From the IMG/VR virus record IMGVR_UViG_3300011438_000007, positions 1 through 44,903 of that record: 44,903 bases of DNA. The stretch is one strand, 5' to 3'. The notes beneath the pieces were generated by a model that saw only the letters and a program-made list of their open reading frames with translations, was not told the DNA's origin and searched no databases. The translations under genes were made by a program, and so were the position numbers. This stretch comes from a virus (lineage: Duplodnaviria; Caudoviricetes). Below are positions 9,127 through 18,557 of this stretch, in pieces (the first letter of the stretch is position 1; every line of letters starts with the position of its first letter).

Positions 9127-11672
9127 ATCTTAACTTCTTGTAGGTGCATCCAATTCTCACCAACACTTACTTCCGCAGGTACTACTAACTTCACATCTCT
9201 AGATAATGAGCAGGTAGAATAATCTAACGGCCTTTCCATAATTCTCTTCACGACCGCAAGATCAGAAAGCTCATTACCTATTCGTGTCTCCATAAGTAAG
9301 CCATCATGCATTTCTGCGAGAAAGCGTATTTTGGGCCGCTCGGCGAGAATTAGCGGGATGGAGAACTTAGTGTGATCCGAAACAGCGCTTTGAGGAATGT
9401 ACGCGATGGCTTCTTTTATCAACTCGTCATTCATCGTGGCGAAGAAAGTCCGGGAGCGGCCTACGGGAGTTCTGAGTTTTCTATTTTTTCGCACTTCCTG
9501 TTCTATCTCGTAATGAAATACTTCACGTATCTTTGGATTCGCAGCGTGGAAACGCACTAGCATCTCATCACATGCCTTAATAGGCATATGCGTCATACTA
9601 GATAACATACCTCCCTTCATTTTGTAGTGGCCGCCGTGCCTTATTCTCTTTCCCATGTCATAGTACATGATTCCGATTCCAGGGATTGAGGGGCCGCTCT
9701 TAGTTATTAGTGCGGGGTCCATCCCAAATATAGCTCCAGCGGTCTTTGAGTGGACACTAGGCTTTTGATCGAATGATTCAAGCAATTCCCAGTCCTCTGC
9801 GAGTACTGCCACATGTCTTGCTTCGGCCTGCGAACCGTCTGCCTCTATAAATATGCATCCGTGTGATGGAACAAACATTGATCTGAGGTCATGTGCAATA
9901 CTCTTGTCCTCAAAGTCCTCGAACACTTCCTCATCTATCTTGAATCCATGTTTGGATATGGTTTGTAGAGAGCGACCAATTCGCTTAAGTTCACCTTTGA
10001 TAAATATTTCATCAAGAGATTTAGAATAGCTTGATCGTCCTGTTTCGGTTCCGCAAAGATTACTTGTACTTCTAAAGCGCCCGTCAAGTGAGATAGGCGT
10101 GTGTAGATATTCGAGGATCTTAGCGAGTTTACGGCAGACAATAATTCTTGCAACGACTGGTTTTCCGAGTGGTCCAGCTTTGTCGATATGATTGATAAGA
10201 AGATCATCTAGAGTTCCCTTATCCGTCTTGTAACTCTTCTCCCCAGACTCTAAGAATTTAAACTTCTTGGGGAAGCCGAGTTCGTCATAAATTAACTTTC
10301 CGACTTGTAATGGTGATCCGGGGTTGAATTGGTCATTGTTAACCAATGCTCGAAGGGTAAAGACATTTGAGTCGTAGAGGGATTTGTACTTGTCGATGAG
10401 TTGAGTTCTTCTTGAATCATCAATTCTAATTCCTGTCTCATCCATTCGTTTATATATCGGTAAAAGTTGAGCAAGAGAAGTGCTGAACCGTAATAAGTCT
10501 GGGTCCTCTGCGAGTTCTTCATCTTGCTTTGTGGACACGACATGAGTTGCGATTCCATCGTAAGCGTTATAGAGATAGAGCTTATCTTTAGTTTGGCGTC
10601 TTGGGTCAAAGTCTTTTCCCTCGTCTTTATAGTAATTTACTTTCGTGTATATTGAAGTGTAAAAGTCTAAACCCTTCGGTAACTCAGGGTAAAGCACCGA
10701 GCCTTTTAGCATGGTGTCCCCGATGACGTTATTTACTTGAAATCCGAATCTCTCAAGTATAACCCAATCATACTTAATGTTTTGATTTACTTTTGGGATT
10801 GGATGTCTTAACAGCTTATCTACATAAATGAGCATGGCCGCTCGCTCGGTTTTAGAAATGGAGTCCTCAAGAAGTGGTACGCAGCATCCCTCAACCCCAT
10901 CAAAACTGAATCCGATGCAAGTTATGATGCCCCCGTATGTCTCTATGTCGAACACGAGGAATTTGGGGGAAGCGGCCATCGAGCGAGTTACATAATTATA
11001 AAATGCCTCTGCGGTCTTTGCAACCCATCTTGTTCCATACTCTGTGATGGGTAAGTTGGTATACCTATTAGCAACTATTTTTCCATAGTCTAGTCCAGCG
11101 TATGATGCTGCGGCTTGGTCACTAAGTAGGATCTGGGGCGATATGGCCGGGATCACACGTATAGGCCGCTCTAAGTGCATCTGCCAGTCCTCACGCAATG
11201 GTAGAACACTTCCCCGGTAACAATAGATCCAGTGCTTACGATTTCTAGGCTTCGTGATAAGTTTGATGTGCGGAAACACTGTGCCTAGAGCTAAATCATC
11301 TAGTGGTACGATGACATTGGGCCTTAACTCTTTAATTTCTTTGAAGAGTAAGTCCTCATAGAATTGCACATCAATGTGAGCCAGGGCTTTCCTGAGTTTT
11401 GGGAGAGAGGTTCCCATAAAATCTACTCTCTCCCGTATTACAACAGCTCTATAACACTCATTAATTGAAACTCCATGCTCTCTAAGATGGGAGTTTAGTT
11501 TAGACTCGAACATTCCCGAAAGAGCCATTCCCTTATTCAAATCCGCGTTTAGCGGGATGCCCCCCAGGAATAGTATTGTGGCACTTCCGTAACCGTGCGA
11601 TGCTACGGTTGGATTTGGAGTGTTTTTTACTTCATTCGATTCTTTGGGTGGTTTCTTAGCTTTTAGGATCAT
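9123..11672 (-). CDS. polA: family A DNA polymerase with N-terminal UDG-family-4-like domain and 3'-5' exonuclease
   Basis: Exo motifs FDIET, NQNIKYD and YNAYD. Polymerase motifs TETGRSS, A (ADGSQAEAR), B (KRIRHGGHY) and C (MHDG). The N-terminal HGYGSATILFLGGIP...G.....L...L segment resembles the UDG domain of SPO1-type polymerases. Confidence 0.92.
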   Translation of the reverse strand: MILKAKKPPKESNEVKNTPNPTVASHGYGSATILFLGGIPLNADLNKGMALSGMFESKLNSHLREHGVSINECYRAVVIRERVDFMGTSLPKLRKALAHIDVQFYEDLLFKEIKELRPNVIVPLDDLALGTVFPHIKLITKPRNRKHWIYCYRGSVLPLREDWQMHLERPIRVIPAISPQILLSDQAAASYAGLDYGKIVANRYTNLPITEYGTRWVAKTAEAFYNYVTRSMAASPKFLVFDIETYGGIITCIGFSFDGVEGCCVPLLEDSISKTERAAMLIYVDKLLRHPIPKVNQNIKYDWVILERFGFQVNNVIGDTMLKGSVLYPELPKGLDFYTSIYTKVNYYKDEGKDFDPRRQTKDKLYLYNAYDGIATHVVSTKQDEELAEDPDLLRFSTSLAQLLPIYKRMDETGIRIDDSRRTQLIDKYKSLYDSNVFTLRALVNNDQFNPGSPLQVGKLIYDELGFPKKFKFLESGEKSYKTDKGTLDDLLINHIDKAGPLGKPVVARIIVCRKLAKILEYLHTPISLDGRFRSTSNLCGTETGRSSYSKSLDEIFIKGELKRIGRSLQTISKHGFKIDEEVFEDFEDKSIAHDLRSMFVPSHGCIFIEADGSQAEARHVAVLAEDWELLESFDQKPSVHSKTAGAIFGMDPALITKSGPSIPGIGIMYYDMGKRIRHGGHYKMKGGMLSSMTHMPIKACDEMLVRFHAANPKIREVFHYEIEQEVRKNRKLRTPVGRSRTFFATMNDELIKEAIAYIPQSAVSDHTKFSIPLILAERPKIRFLAEMHDGLLMETRIGNELSDLAVVKRIMERPLDYSTCSLSRDVKLVVPAEVSVGENWMHLQEVKI

Positions 11673-11826
11673 CCCTACGCCTTAGCACATCTTCAGCGCT
11701 AACTACAATTTCCGTTACCGCATCCGGGAGGTAATCAAGTCCTGTAGTTATAGCATGAATTAGCATATAAAGAGCATTTTCAAGTACGAATATTCGCTTA
11801 TTTGCTTCGTTTAATGAATCATCCAT
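11656..11826 (-). CDS. hypothetical 56-aa protein (not in ORF track)
   Basis: Read manually: MDDSLNEANKRIFVLENALYML...RRRDDPKS*. It fills the gap and overlaps the polA start. Confidence 0.55.
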   Translation of the reverse strand: MDDSLNEANKRIFVLENALYMLIHAITTGLDYLPDAVTEIVVSAEDVLRRRDDPKS

Positions 11827-11829
11827 AAA

Positions 11830-12246
11830 TCACATCCAAGAGATGCTGAAGCGGCCCTTAATTTGCTCGTCCATAAGAATGGACTCTTCTGAGTATGTTA
11901 CTAGGTATCCAGCGTCAATGAATGAACTCTTGAGTTGATTCAAGACGTTTCTATTCACTTGCTTATTCTTGAGTTGGTGACTGATTTGAACTATTGAGTT
12001 ACCTTTGTGAGCTTCACCTTCAATAGTCTCTACCATCTCGTTTCTGAGTCTAGTGTAGAGTCTATCATCGAACGTGTTTATAGATTCTTGTGCCTTAGCT
12101 CTCATTGCGGCAGCAAGTGGGATCTTTGTGTCTTGGTCTTCCATCTTATATTCCTTACTTTCAAGTGAATTTATACATTCTAGACACCACAAACCAATTA
12201 AATAATCAGAAGCATCAGATTGTGAGCCACATCTCGTACATATCAC
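11830..12246 (-). CDS. hypothetical protein, N-terminal CxxC...CxxC zinc ribbon
   Basis: CTRC...CLEC; a possible internal start at MEDQD. Confidence 0.55.
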   Translation of the reverse strand: MICTRCGSQSDASDYLIGLWCLECINSLESKEYKMEDQDTKIPLAAAMRAKAQESINTFDDRLYTRLRNEMVETIEGEAHKGNSIVQISHQLKNKQVNRNVLNQLKSSFIDAGYLVTYSEESILMDEQIKGRFSISWM

Positions 12247-12440
12247 TTTTTAGATGCTCCTACTACTAGTTTCTCAGCTATGTCACCAATGCTCTTGAGA
12301 GCATTCTTGAACTCATTAAAATCTGCGAGTTGAGTTTTAGCAACTACTTGGCCCACAGGAGTTTGGAGAAACTTAACGTACTCCTGACCTAGAGCACAAG
12401 CTGCTATAATTGCGTTTGCTACTGCTGTTACTGGGTCCAT
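12243..12440 (-). CDS. hypothetical protein with hydrophobic N-terminus
   Basis: GAGG RBS upstream; MDPVTAVANAIIAACAL. Confidence 0.6.
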   Translation of the reverse strand: MDPVTAVANAIIAACALGQEYVKFLQTPVGQVVAKTQLADFNEFKNALKSIGDIAEKLVVGASKK

Positions 12441-12471
12441 ACTTACCTCATAAATTTAGTTGAATTAAAGC

Positions 12472-12514
12472 GGTGGCCGCCCGAGCCAGAGAGACAATGC
12501 CAGGCGCGGCCACC
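12472..12514 (-). terminator. GC-rich hairpin after the SSB-like gene
   Basis: GGTGGCCGC...GCGGCCACC inverted repeat, followed on the minus strand by GCTTTAATT. Confidence 0.55.
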
Positions 12515-12537
12515 AATGAGATTAGTTAGATCTCAAG

Positions 12538-12951
12538 TTAGAACGCTGCCTCTGCATTATACGCAGCGAACCCATCAATTTTAGCAATCATACGACCTTC
12601 AAACTGTTCGTTGATTACTTTAACTTGGAGCTTCTTACCGATCACTTCATCGGAATTGAATGCGAAATTAGGCCCGCTCGTCTCCTCAACGATCTGCTTG
12701 AGGGGCTTTTCCATTGCTGCCGCAATGAACGGGGCAATGCGTCCGAGAGCTTGAGAGTTGAAGTACACAAGCATCTCACGGTCATTAGCGGATGTTCCTG
12801 GAGCAGTCAATTTAATTCGCGGAACATAGTTCAGAGAGTTCCCTCCATTCTTAGGCGGCTTCACGTCAAAGGAGAGTACTTCCCCTTTATACCACCCCGC
12901 AGGAATCAAGTCCTGCATCAAGTCTGATTTCGGAATGTTGATGATAGGCAT
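12538..12951 (-). CDS. DUF669-like single-stranded DNA-binding protein
   Basis: LIPAGWYKGEV...VIGKKLQVKV...FEGR pattern, terminal Phe, and position directly after the Sak4-like ATPase. Confidence 0.7.
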   Translation of the reverse strand: MPIINIPKSDLMQDLIPAGWYKGEVLSFDVKPPKNGGNSLNYVPRIKLTAPGTSANDREMLVYFNSQALGRIAPFIAAAMEKPLKQIVEETSGPNFAFNSDEVIGKKLQVKVINEQFEGRMIAKIDGFAAYNAEAAF

Positions 12952-12976
12952 CGAATTTACTTTCTTCTTTCTATTC

Positions 12977-13774
12977 TTACTTGGGTTGAGTTGGAGTTGT
13001 TGGTGTGATTAGAGATGTGAGATAGTTGTGGAAGTTCTTGTTAGTTATGTCATGTTGTCCTGGTCCTATTCCATAGGAATTTTTAGCTAAGTCAGTTGCA
13101 AACTCTACACGATAGTAGAGTTTATTATTTCCCTGGTCACGGGAAAACCTAAAGACGTTATCGAAATATGCTTGTACGCTCTCACCTAACTGATCCCTCA
13201 CGGTGAGTTTCTCACCCTTCACTTCGTTTGGGGAGTATGGGTCACTAGGATCTACTTTTCCATATTTATCAATGGTGTGAGCTGAACAAATCACATTACA
13301 CGGTAACATCCTGAGAAAATCAAATACTTGATGAGTGGCGCTAACTTCAAATCCGTAATCGCCGGGGCCGCTCATGCGTAAAGTCCCGATGGTCTTGCCC
13401 TTTAGGAAACCATGCGCGGCGGCCAAGAATACACGACTCATCGAGAACATTGAATCTATGACTACTGTTTTGTATGGGAATGTTCCTGAGTTACGCATCT
13501 GATCCCAAGAGACGAGCAAGTTATCGAACTTCTCATATCCTGATTTGGCACGAGCATTGAACTGTTCGTACTCAATTCCTGAAGTATTCTCTATACACTT
13601 AGAAGAGACTCCTCCTTCTATACCTGAGATGCGGAAATCAAAATCCAAGATCATCATAGGTCTAGGGAAAGAAGCGGCGGCCACGGATTTTCCATCCCCG
13701 GAGCGGCCCACGAATAGGCCCAAGAACTTTTGCTCAGCCTTCGGCTTCGCAAGATAAGAATCTAATGATGGCAT
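12977..13774 (-). CDS. Sak4-like / AAA_24 ATPase (single-strand annealing recombinase)
   Basis: Walker A GRSGDGKS, LDFD, Walker B VVIDS and NVICSAH. Confidence 0.8.
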   Translation of the reverse strand: MPSLDSYLAKPKAEQKFLGLFVGRSGDGKSVAAASFPRPMMILDFDFRISGIEGGVSSKCIENTSGIEYEQFNARAKSGYEKFDNLLVSWDQMRNSGTFPYKTVVIDSMFSMSRVFLAAAHGFLKGKTIGTLRMSGPGDYGFEVSATHQVFDFLRMLPCNVICSAHTIDKYGKVDPSDPYSPNEVKGEKLTVRDQLGESVQAYFDNVFRFSRDQGNNKLYYRVEFATDLAKNSYGIGPGQHDITNKNFHNYLTSLITPTTPTQPK

Positions 13775-13784
13775 AAGTTAAAAT

Positions 13785-13982
13785 TTAAATTCCCCCTAAC
13801 TCAATATCTTTTGACTCTCTGAATATTCTTTTCTTCTCTTCTTCATATCTTACTCTTGTTCGTTCTGCGCATTTTAAATGCCATATACCCATTCTAAGAT
13901 GGATGTTAATTAGACCCTCATAATGGAGTACGCAACAAATGAGAAGCGTAAAAGTGAAGAATCCAACTAAAATTGCTTCCAT
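13785..13982 (-). CDS. small membrane-anchored hypothetical protein
   Basis: N-terminal hydrophobic helix. Confidence 0.5.
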   Translation of the reverse strand: MEAILVGFFTFTLLICCVLHYEGLINIHLRMGIWHLKCAERTRVRYEEEKKRIFRESKDIELGGI

Positions 13983-13985
13983 AAG

Positions 13986-14333
13986 TTAAACATTCTTATC
14001 CCATCTCAACTTCTCGTCATACTTCTGTGAAGAGTTTAGAATTTGGTCTAGGACTTGCTCAATTCTCTTAACCTTTTTAGCTTTGTTGCTCTTAGAACAG
14101 CTTAAGCACGCGGGAACTTTATTCTTAAGTTGAGCTTTAGTTAGAATAAAACTCTCTTTACACTTTCCGCACAGTGCTCTCTTATTTTCTAAGTATTCAC
14201 GGTTATGGTAATGAGAGCAGTCGGGATGTACACACCGATAAATGTCTTTATTCTTTGAGGATCTGACGTACTCATGGATGTGACCTGCGTTAACCTTCAC
14301 TTCTGGTGGTTTAGCCTGCGGATTTAGAATCAT
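13986..14333 (-). CDS. Cys/His-rich zinc-binding protein
   Basis: HIHEY, CVHPDCSH, CGKC and CLSC. Confidence 0.65.
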   Translation of the reverse strand: MILNPQAKPPEVKVNAGHIHEYVRSSKNKDIYRCVHPDCSHYHNREYLENKRALCGKCKESFILTKAQLKNKVPACLSCSKSNKAKKVKRIEQVLDQILNSSQKYDEKLRWDKNV

Positions 14334-14526
14334 CTCTACTCCTCTCTAGGTATTCAGTGATTGCAACAAATTGCTCACTCGTTGCAGGAACGTCATTAAT
14401 ACATATAAGCGTATCCGACATTTCAACACAGCCGAGACCCTCGACATAAAATGCGATATAGTCTGGTAGGCCGCTCGTGCTGTTTGCGATGCGGCTAAAA
14501 TCTTCTGAGAGTTTATTTAAATTCAC
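14311..14526 (-). CDS. hypothetical protein
   Basis: Track ORF 14311..14538; probable GTG start overlapping the upstream TGA. Confidence 0.5.
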   Translation of the reverse strand: MNLNKLSEDFSRIANSTSGLPDYIAFYVEGLGCVEMSDTLICINDVPATSEQFVAITEYLERSRDDSKSAG

Positions 14527-15416
14527 CACGGCCTCCATTTACTTTCCCCAACTAGATAGTTGGATTTAATTATAGACTTCTTCATGTCAGGGCTTTCCGT
14601 CTCGCACAGCTTTGTGTATTGACACGGATTCGAACCAAAAGCACCTGCACAACTCACAAGATTCTCAGAGATATCACCACTCAAGATCTTGTAGAAAACC
14701 TTCTCGACCTGCTTTTCCCATCTGTGCATCATAAATGGTGTGATCTTTACGGGTTGACGCCTGAACCACTTGTTAACGTCTTTCTCGGCTTGAAAGCCGA
14801 TATAATTAATCACCGCGTAGCGGGCGCGCGCGGCCCACGCATAAGTTAGAAACTGAACAGAGTACTCATAAAGATTATTGAATCTGCTCTGAGTCTTGTG
14901 ATCGACTACACACAACTCATCCCCATATACTTCTAACTTAGCGAGTAAATCAATTCGTCCTTCAATGATAAATACGAACTTCTTACCTCTAGCGTCTCGC
15001 CCGGACCTAAACTCTTTGCTGAACCCTAGTTCAACTCCGGCGTCACCATTTGGAGCACTCACTACTTTAAAATCCCGTCCCGTAGCGGCGTAATGAAATA
15101 CGTACATCATAAACCGCTCTACCACAAAAGTAATATCTTCTTCCTTGAGTGCGGGGATTTTACGCCACTCTTCCTTGTTATCCGCCAGATTATTCGTAAA
15201 ATCCCGCGCTGCACGCTCTGCACACTCTTTAAAGTCTGTTCCGTCAGAACGTAAACGATAAAATCGATCAAGTAGGTCATGCATCACCGTGCCCATATTT
15301 AGCGCTTTCTCTGATGCTCCAACGATACTTAACAAGTCTACGTACTGGAGCTTCCATGAGAGTGGGCATTTTAAGTATTGAACTATTTGTGATGAGTCAA
15401 GAGTTATTATTTTCAT
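14523..15416 (-). CDS. Cas4/AddB-like PD-(D/E)XK exonuclease with Fe-S cysteines
   Basis: SSQ...KCP, GTVMH, VELGF, GRIDL, VDHKT, Q..TY and C-terminal C..C..C. The start is probably MKIITL at 15416. Confidence 0.85.
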   Translation of the reverse strand: MKIITLDSSQIVQYLKCPLSWKLQYVDLLSIVGASEKALNMGTVMHDLLDRFYRLRSDGTDFKECAERAARDFTNNLADNKEEWRKIPALKEEDITFVVERFMMYVFHYAATGRDFKVVSAPNGDAGVELGFSKEFRSGRDARGKKFVFIIEGRIDLLAKLEVYGDELCVVDHKTQSRFNNLYEYSVQFLTYAWAARARYAVINYIGFQAEKDVNKWFRRQPVKITPFMMHRWEKQVEKVFYKILSGDISENLVSCAGAFGSNPCQYTKLCETESPDMKKSIIKSNYLVGESKWRPW

Positions 15417-15849
15417 GTATTTTAGTTTTAGTGTTAGGTAAGAGTCCCATCTCTTCATACTTAGATAAGATGTTGAGGTTGGCCGCGCAGTGTCCTAAAT
15501 GATCCTCCACGACATAACCATCTTTGAGATAATCTCCTCTTAACGACGCTAGGATGTGCTCATTGTACATGAGGAGATGCTTTATGGCGTTCCCAATTCG
15601 TCCTAGCGCGAACTTAAGATCCGCTTTCATGTAGTTCTTCTCTTCAGGATTCAATTCTTGTTCATATTTGGTGAATCCTTCAGTCATGGCTAGCGCGGCC
15701 CTCTCCAAGAAACAAAAGTTTAGATCTTGGAATCTGGTTGGGTTCGTGATGTCTTGAATCGCTTCGCTGGAATTAACTTTAAAAAATGGGCAGTTCTTAT
15801 CGTGATCTCCATTATAGAACTCCATCAAGTGACAGTTGCATTTGCTCAT
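15397..15849 (-). CDS. DUF5664-like dATP/dGTP pyrophosphohydrolase
   Basis: AMTEGFTKY...NY...AIKHL...EDHLGHCAANL matches the remembered family pattern GA.KY..NW..RH..DHL.HA..N. Confidence 0.6.
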   Translation of the reverse strand: MSKCNCHLMEFYNGDHDKNCPFFKVNSSEAIQDITNPTRFQDLNFCFLERAALAMTEGFTKYEQELNPEEKNYMKADLKFALGRIGNAIKHLLMYNEHILASLRGDYLKDGYVVEDHLGHCAANLNILSKYEEMGLLPNTKTKIHENNNS

Positions 15850-15863
15850 AAATTTGTTTTTAA

Positions 15864-16091
15864 TTAGTATTTCTCACTACCAATGCTCTTGATATTATGG
15901 TAAGGCACGAACTCTTCACCGCGCCAGAAACCCCCATTCTTACGGATCTCTATCACTACTTCCTGAATAGTTGGGGGCCGCGTCTCGCCAAACGTGATAA
16001 CTCCTGGAATTGGTGAGGCGAGTTTATTCGCATCCACTTCTAGTTCACGACACTCCTCACCTTCACATGCGTATACTACTTTATATTCCAT
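15864..16091 (-). CDS. hypothetical protein
   Basis: AAGGAG RBS before MEYKVVY at 16091. Confidence 0.6.
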   Translation of the reverse strand: MEYKVVYACEGEECRELEVDANKLASPIPGVITFGETRPPTIQEVVIEIRKNGGFWRGEEFVPYHNIKSIGSEKY

Positions 16092-16102
16092 TTCTTTCTC
16101 CT

Positions 16103-16279
16103 TTATTCTTCTAGCCATTCTTTGAGAATTGACATTAATTCAAAAGCGACTTCAGGTTCCAGATAAATTGAGTTCGTAACAGCTACTCCATTTTCTGTAG
16201 TTATTAAAAACATAGTTCCATCATGAACTGATGTACCGTATACTCCATCTCCGATATATCTTTTCTGTTGGCGTTTCAT
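16103..16279 (-). CDS. small phage protein, 58 aa (not in ORF track)
   Basis: Read manually: MKRQQKRYIGDGVYGTSVHDGTMFLITTENGVAVTNSIYLEPEVAFELMSILKEWLEE*. It starts immediately after the helicase stop. Confidence 0.65.
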   Translation of the reverse strand: MKRQQKRYIGDGVYGTSVHDGTMFLITTENGVAVTNSIYLEPEVAFELMSILKEWLEE

Positions 16280-16280
16280 T

Positions 16281-18089
16281 TTATAATTTATTATTCACCA
16301 CTATCTCGCTCAACTCTCTTATGCTTTCAAGGTCTGAACTAAAATTCCACTCTTTCGAGACGGTTTCACCAACGATTTGGCGTTTCTTACTGATTAGTTC
16401 GTGGAAGAACATATCAACTGTGCCTCTTGCGATAAAGTAAGTGACCGTCACCGCGCTTACTTGGCCGTTCCGGTGGAAGCGGCCCTCGAATTGTTCCTCA
16501 TCAGCCGCATTCCATGCTCGCTCAAGTACTAGCGCGTTTGCACAGTTCTGGAGATTTAAACCCTCACCGCCACTCTTCATATTTAAAATTAAAAGTCTGA
16601 TGTCATCGCGCATAAAAGCCTGGACGATTCGATCTTTCTTCATTGCACTATCCTCTCCTGAGAGAGATTCACAGGCATATCCACCGCCCTGAAATATGTA
16701 CTTGAGCGTATCCCGCACGACAGTGTGATGAATCCCAATGCATAAATTCTCTTCTGTCGAATCTAAGTGCTCTTGTGCAAATTCGATAGCGTTTTGACAC
16801 TTAGATTCACCAGTGATGGCTCTTAATTTAGCTAACCAACCTAACATTGTGGTTGCGTTCTTAGCTTCGCTCGGGTCATTGAGATAGTTGCTGAACATAT
16901 CCAATGCCTTATTATAACTTCCCTTGAGCTTCTCATCTTCTATCTCAACATACACAAAGTTACGCGATAGCGGAGGTAAGTTAGTGAGAACTTCATGTTT
17001 CTCCCTACGGAGAATATACTTAGAAGTTAGATCTTTAAACTTTTGGAGGTAATAAGGGTTAATTCGAGTCCACTGATACTTATCGTTTTGCATCAACCAT
17101 CTTTTTCTAAACCTATCTAGTGAATGGAATGTTCCCGGATCAAGAAGGTTTAGAATCGTGAAGTACTCATCAGCTTTATTTTTAATGGGAGTTGCCGAGA
17201 GCGCAATGATATGCTCGATATCTAAATTCTGGATGTACGTGATGAGATTTATGGTTCTCTTCGAGCTTGGGTTCTTGTAGTTGTGAACTTCATCAAGAAT
17301 TATAGTTTTAATTCCGAGCACTCCCAAAAGACCAGTTTTTTCTAGCTCTTCTTTTTTGAGTCTCGTAAATAAATCCATGCTCATAACATAAGCCTGGAAG
17401 CCAGGAATTAGATTAACTCTTGATGTTACCGGCATCACTCGCATAGGCAGTGAGTCACACCATCTACGGAATTCTTCACTCCACTGATAAATGAGACCGC
17501 CCTTAACTAGAATTAAAGCGGGGAATGCCTTCTCACGATTCTCGCGCAGCGCGATGAGAGCTTGAATAGTCTTTCCGAGTCCGGTTGCATCAGCGATGAG
17601 GCATCTGAGATTCGAGCGTTCTATAAATTTAACTCCCTCGGTTTGAAAGTCATAACTCTTCATGGTGCTGTCACAGCTCACATAGTTCGCTGGGTCACAA
17701 TTTGTTAGGGGAGTTGCTTCATTCGAGGGAGTTAAATTTAAAATCTCCTGCGGAGATGGGATTTCAAATCCATTTGAAGTGGGGAGTGGGCCGCTGCCGG
17801 CGGGGGCGGGCGCGGCCATCACTTGTATAAGGGTCGGTGGCGGGGTCGGATTTGGCTCTAGGATGACCGCTGACGAGTCGGTGAGCAGGGGTTGAGTCTC
17901 CGCACCCTCCGTAGGCGCGGCCACCACAGCGACCGGAGACGAAATTACACTATTTTCATGAGTTTCATTTCCGTTGAAATGAGTGTTTACATGACCACAC
18001 TTAAAAACCACGTAGAGCGTTTTCCCAACGGGGATTTTAGTTTGGATCTCTTTACGTCCACAATTACTACAAGATTCAGCGAGTTTCAT
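16281..18089 (-). CDS. SNF2-family (SMARCAL1/HARP-like) helicase with N-terminal zinc ribbon
   Basis: YDFQTEG, DATGLGKT, LDEVH, LSATP, GGEGLNLQ and QFEGRFHRNGQ. Confidence 0.92.
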   Translation of the reverse strand: MKLAESCSNCGRKEIQTKIPVGKTLYVVFKCGHVNTHFNGNETHENSVISSPVAVVAAPTEGAETQPLLTDSSAVILEPNPTPPPTLIQVMAAPAPAGSGPLPTSNGFEIPSPQEILNLTPSNEATPLTNCDPANYVSCDSTMKSYDFQTEGVKFIERSNLRCLIADATGLGKTIQALIALRENREKAFPALILVKGGLIYQWSEEFRRWCDSLPMRVMPVTSRVNLIPGFQAYVMSMDLFTRLKKEELEKTGLLGVLGIKTIILDEVHNYKNPSSKRTINLITYIQNLDIEHIIALSATPIKNKADEYFTILNLLDPGTFHSLDRFRKRWLMQNDKYQWTRINPYYLQKFKDLTSKYILRREKHEVLTNLPPLSRNFVYVEIEDEKLKGSYNKALDMFSNYLNDPSEAKNATTMLGWLAKLRAITGESKCQNAIEFAQEHLDSTEENLCIGIHHTVVRDTLKYIFQGGGYACESLSGEDSAMKKDRIVQAFMRDDIRLLILNMKSGGEGLNLQNCANALVLERAWNAADEEQFEGRFHRNGQVSAVTVTYFIARGTVDMFFHELISKKRQIVGETVSKEWNFSSDLESIRELSEIVVNNKL

Positions 18090-18361
18090 TTTAATTTATT
18101 TAGCGGTTTAGTTGAGTAAATAGTTTTGTCAAAGTGACGAGCCACATAAAGTGGCGTAAATCCATAACTTTTCTTTTCAGAAATTAGTTTTAGAAGTGAC
18201 TCTTTAGATCTCGCCATCTCCAAACAGTTTGCGACCTGAGAAATACTCTTGTTTAACTTTTGTGCGATCTCAGGCCCGTTGAAATTCCCATTTCTGAAAA
18301 GTTCTAAGACCTGAGATTCGAGTGGAGTTAATTTTGGGTCTTTACGTTCGAGGAGTCGCAT
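18086..18361 (-). CDS. helix-turn-helix protein (LuxR/sigma region 4-like)
   Basis: LTPLESQVLEL...GPEIAQKLNKSISQV. Confidence 0.7.
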   Translation of the reverse strand: MRLLERKDPKLTPLESQVLELFRNGNFNGPEIAQKLNKSISQVANCLEMARSKESLLKLISEKKSYGFTPLYVARHFDKTIYSTKPLNKLK

Positions 18362-18486
18362 AATTCTTCAGCCCATGTTCCAGTCATGTAACAAATCTGT
18401 TTAGATTCAGGTTCTAAATGAACAGCTAAGAATCCAGAATCATCGACTAAAACTTTGCGCTTGCAGTTCGGACAAATTGCTCGCAT
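18328..18486 (-). CDS. small zinc-ribbon protein, 52 aa (not in ORF track)
   Basis: MRAICPNCKRKV...H...C, with GGAG RBS upstream. Confidence 0.55.
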   Translation of the reverse strand: MRAICPNCKRKVLVDDSGFLAVHLEPESKQICYMTGTWAEELCDSSNVKTQN

Positions 18487-18528
18487 AAATTTAGCTCCAT
18501 TTAGTTTTCTCTGTAAATTAAAATCTCC

Positions 18529-18557
18529 AAAAACTCTCCCGCTTCGCGGAGGAGTTT
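18529..18557 (-). terminator. intrinsic terminator
   Basis: Minus strand AAACTCCTCCGC-GAA-GCGGGAGAG-TTTTT. Confidence 0.65.

Noticed and set aside
14523-15416. CRISPR-Cas system
   Set aside because: A solo Cas4-like nuclease within a Sak4/SSB recombination module is common in phages. No other cas genes or arrays are present.
15397-15849. Z-genome (2-aminoadenine) pathway
   Set aside because: A DUF5664-like gene is present, but no PurZ-like synthetase or HD-family DatZ is recognisable.
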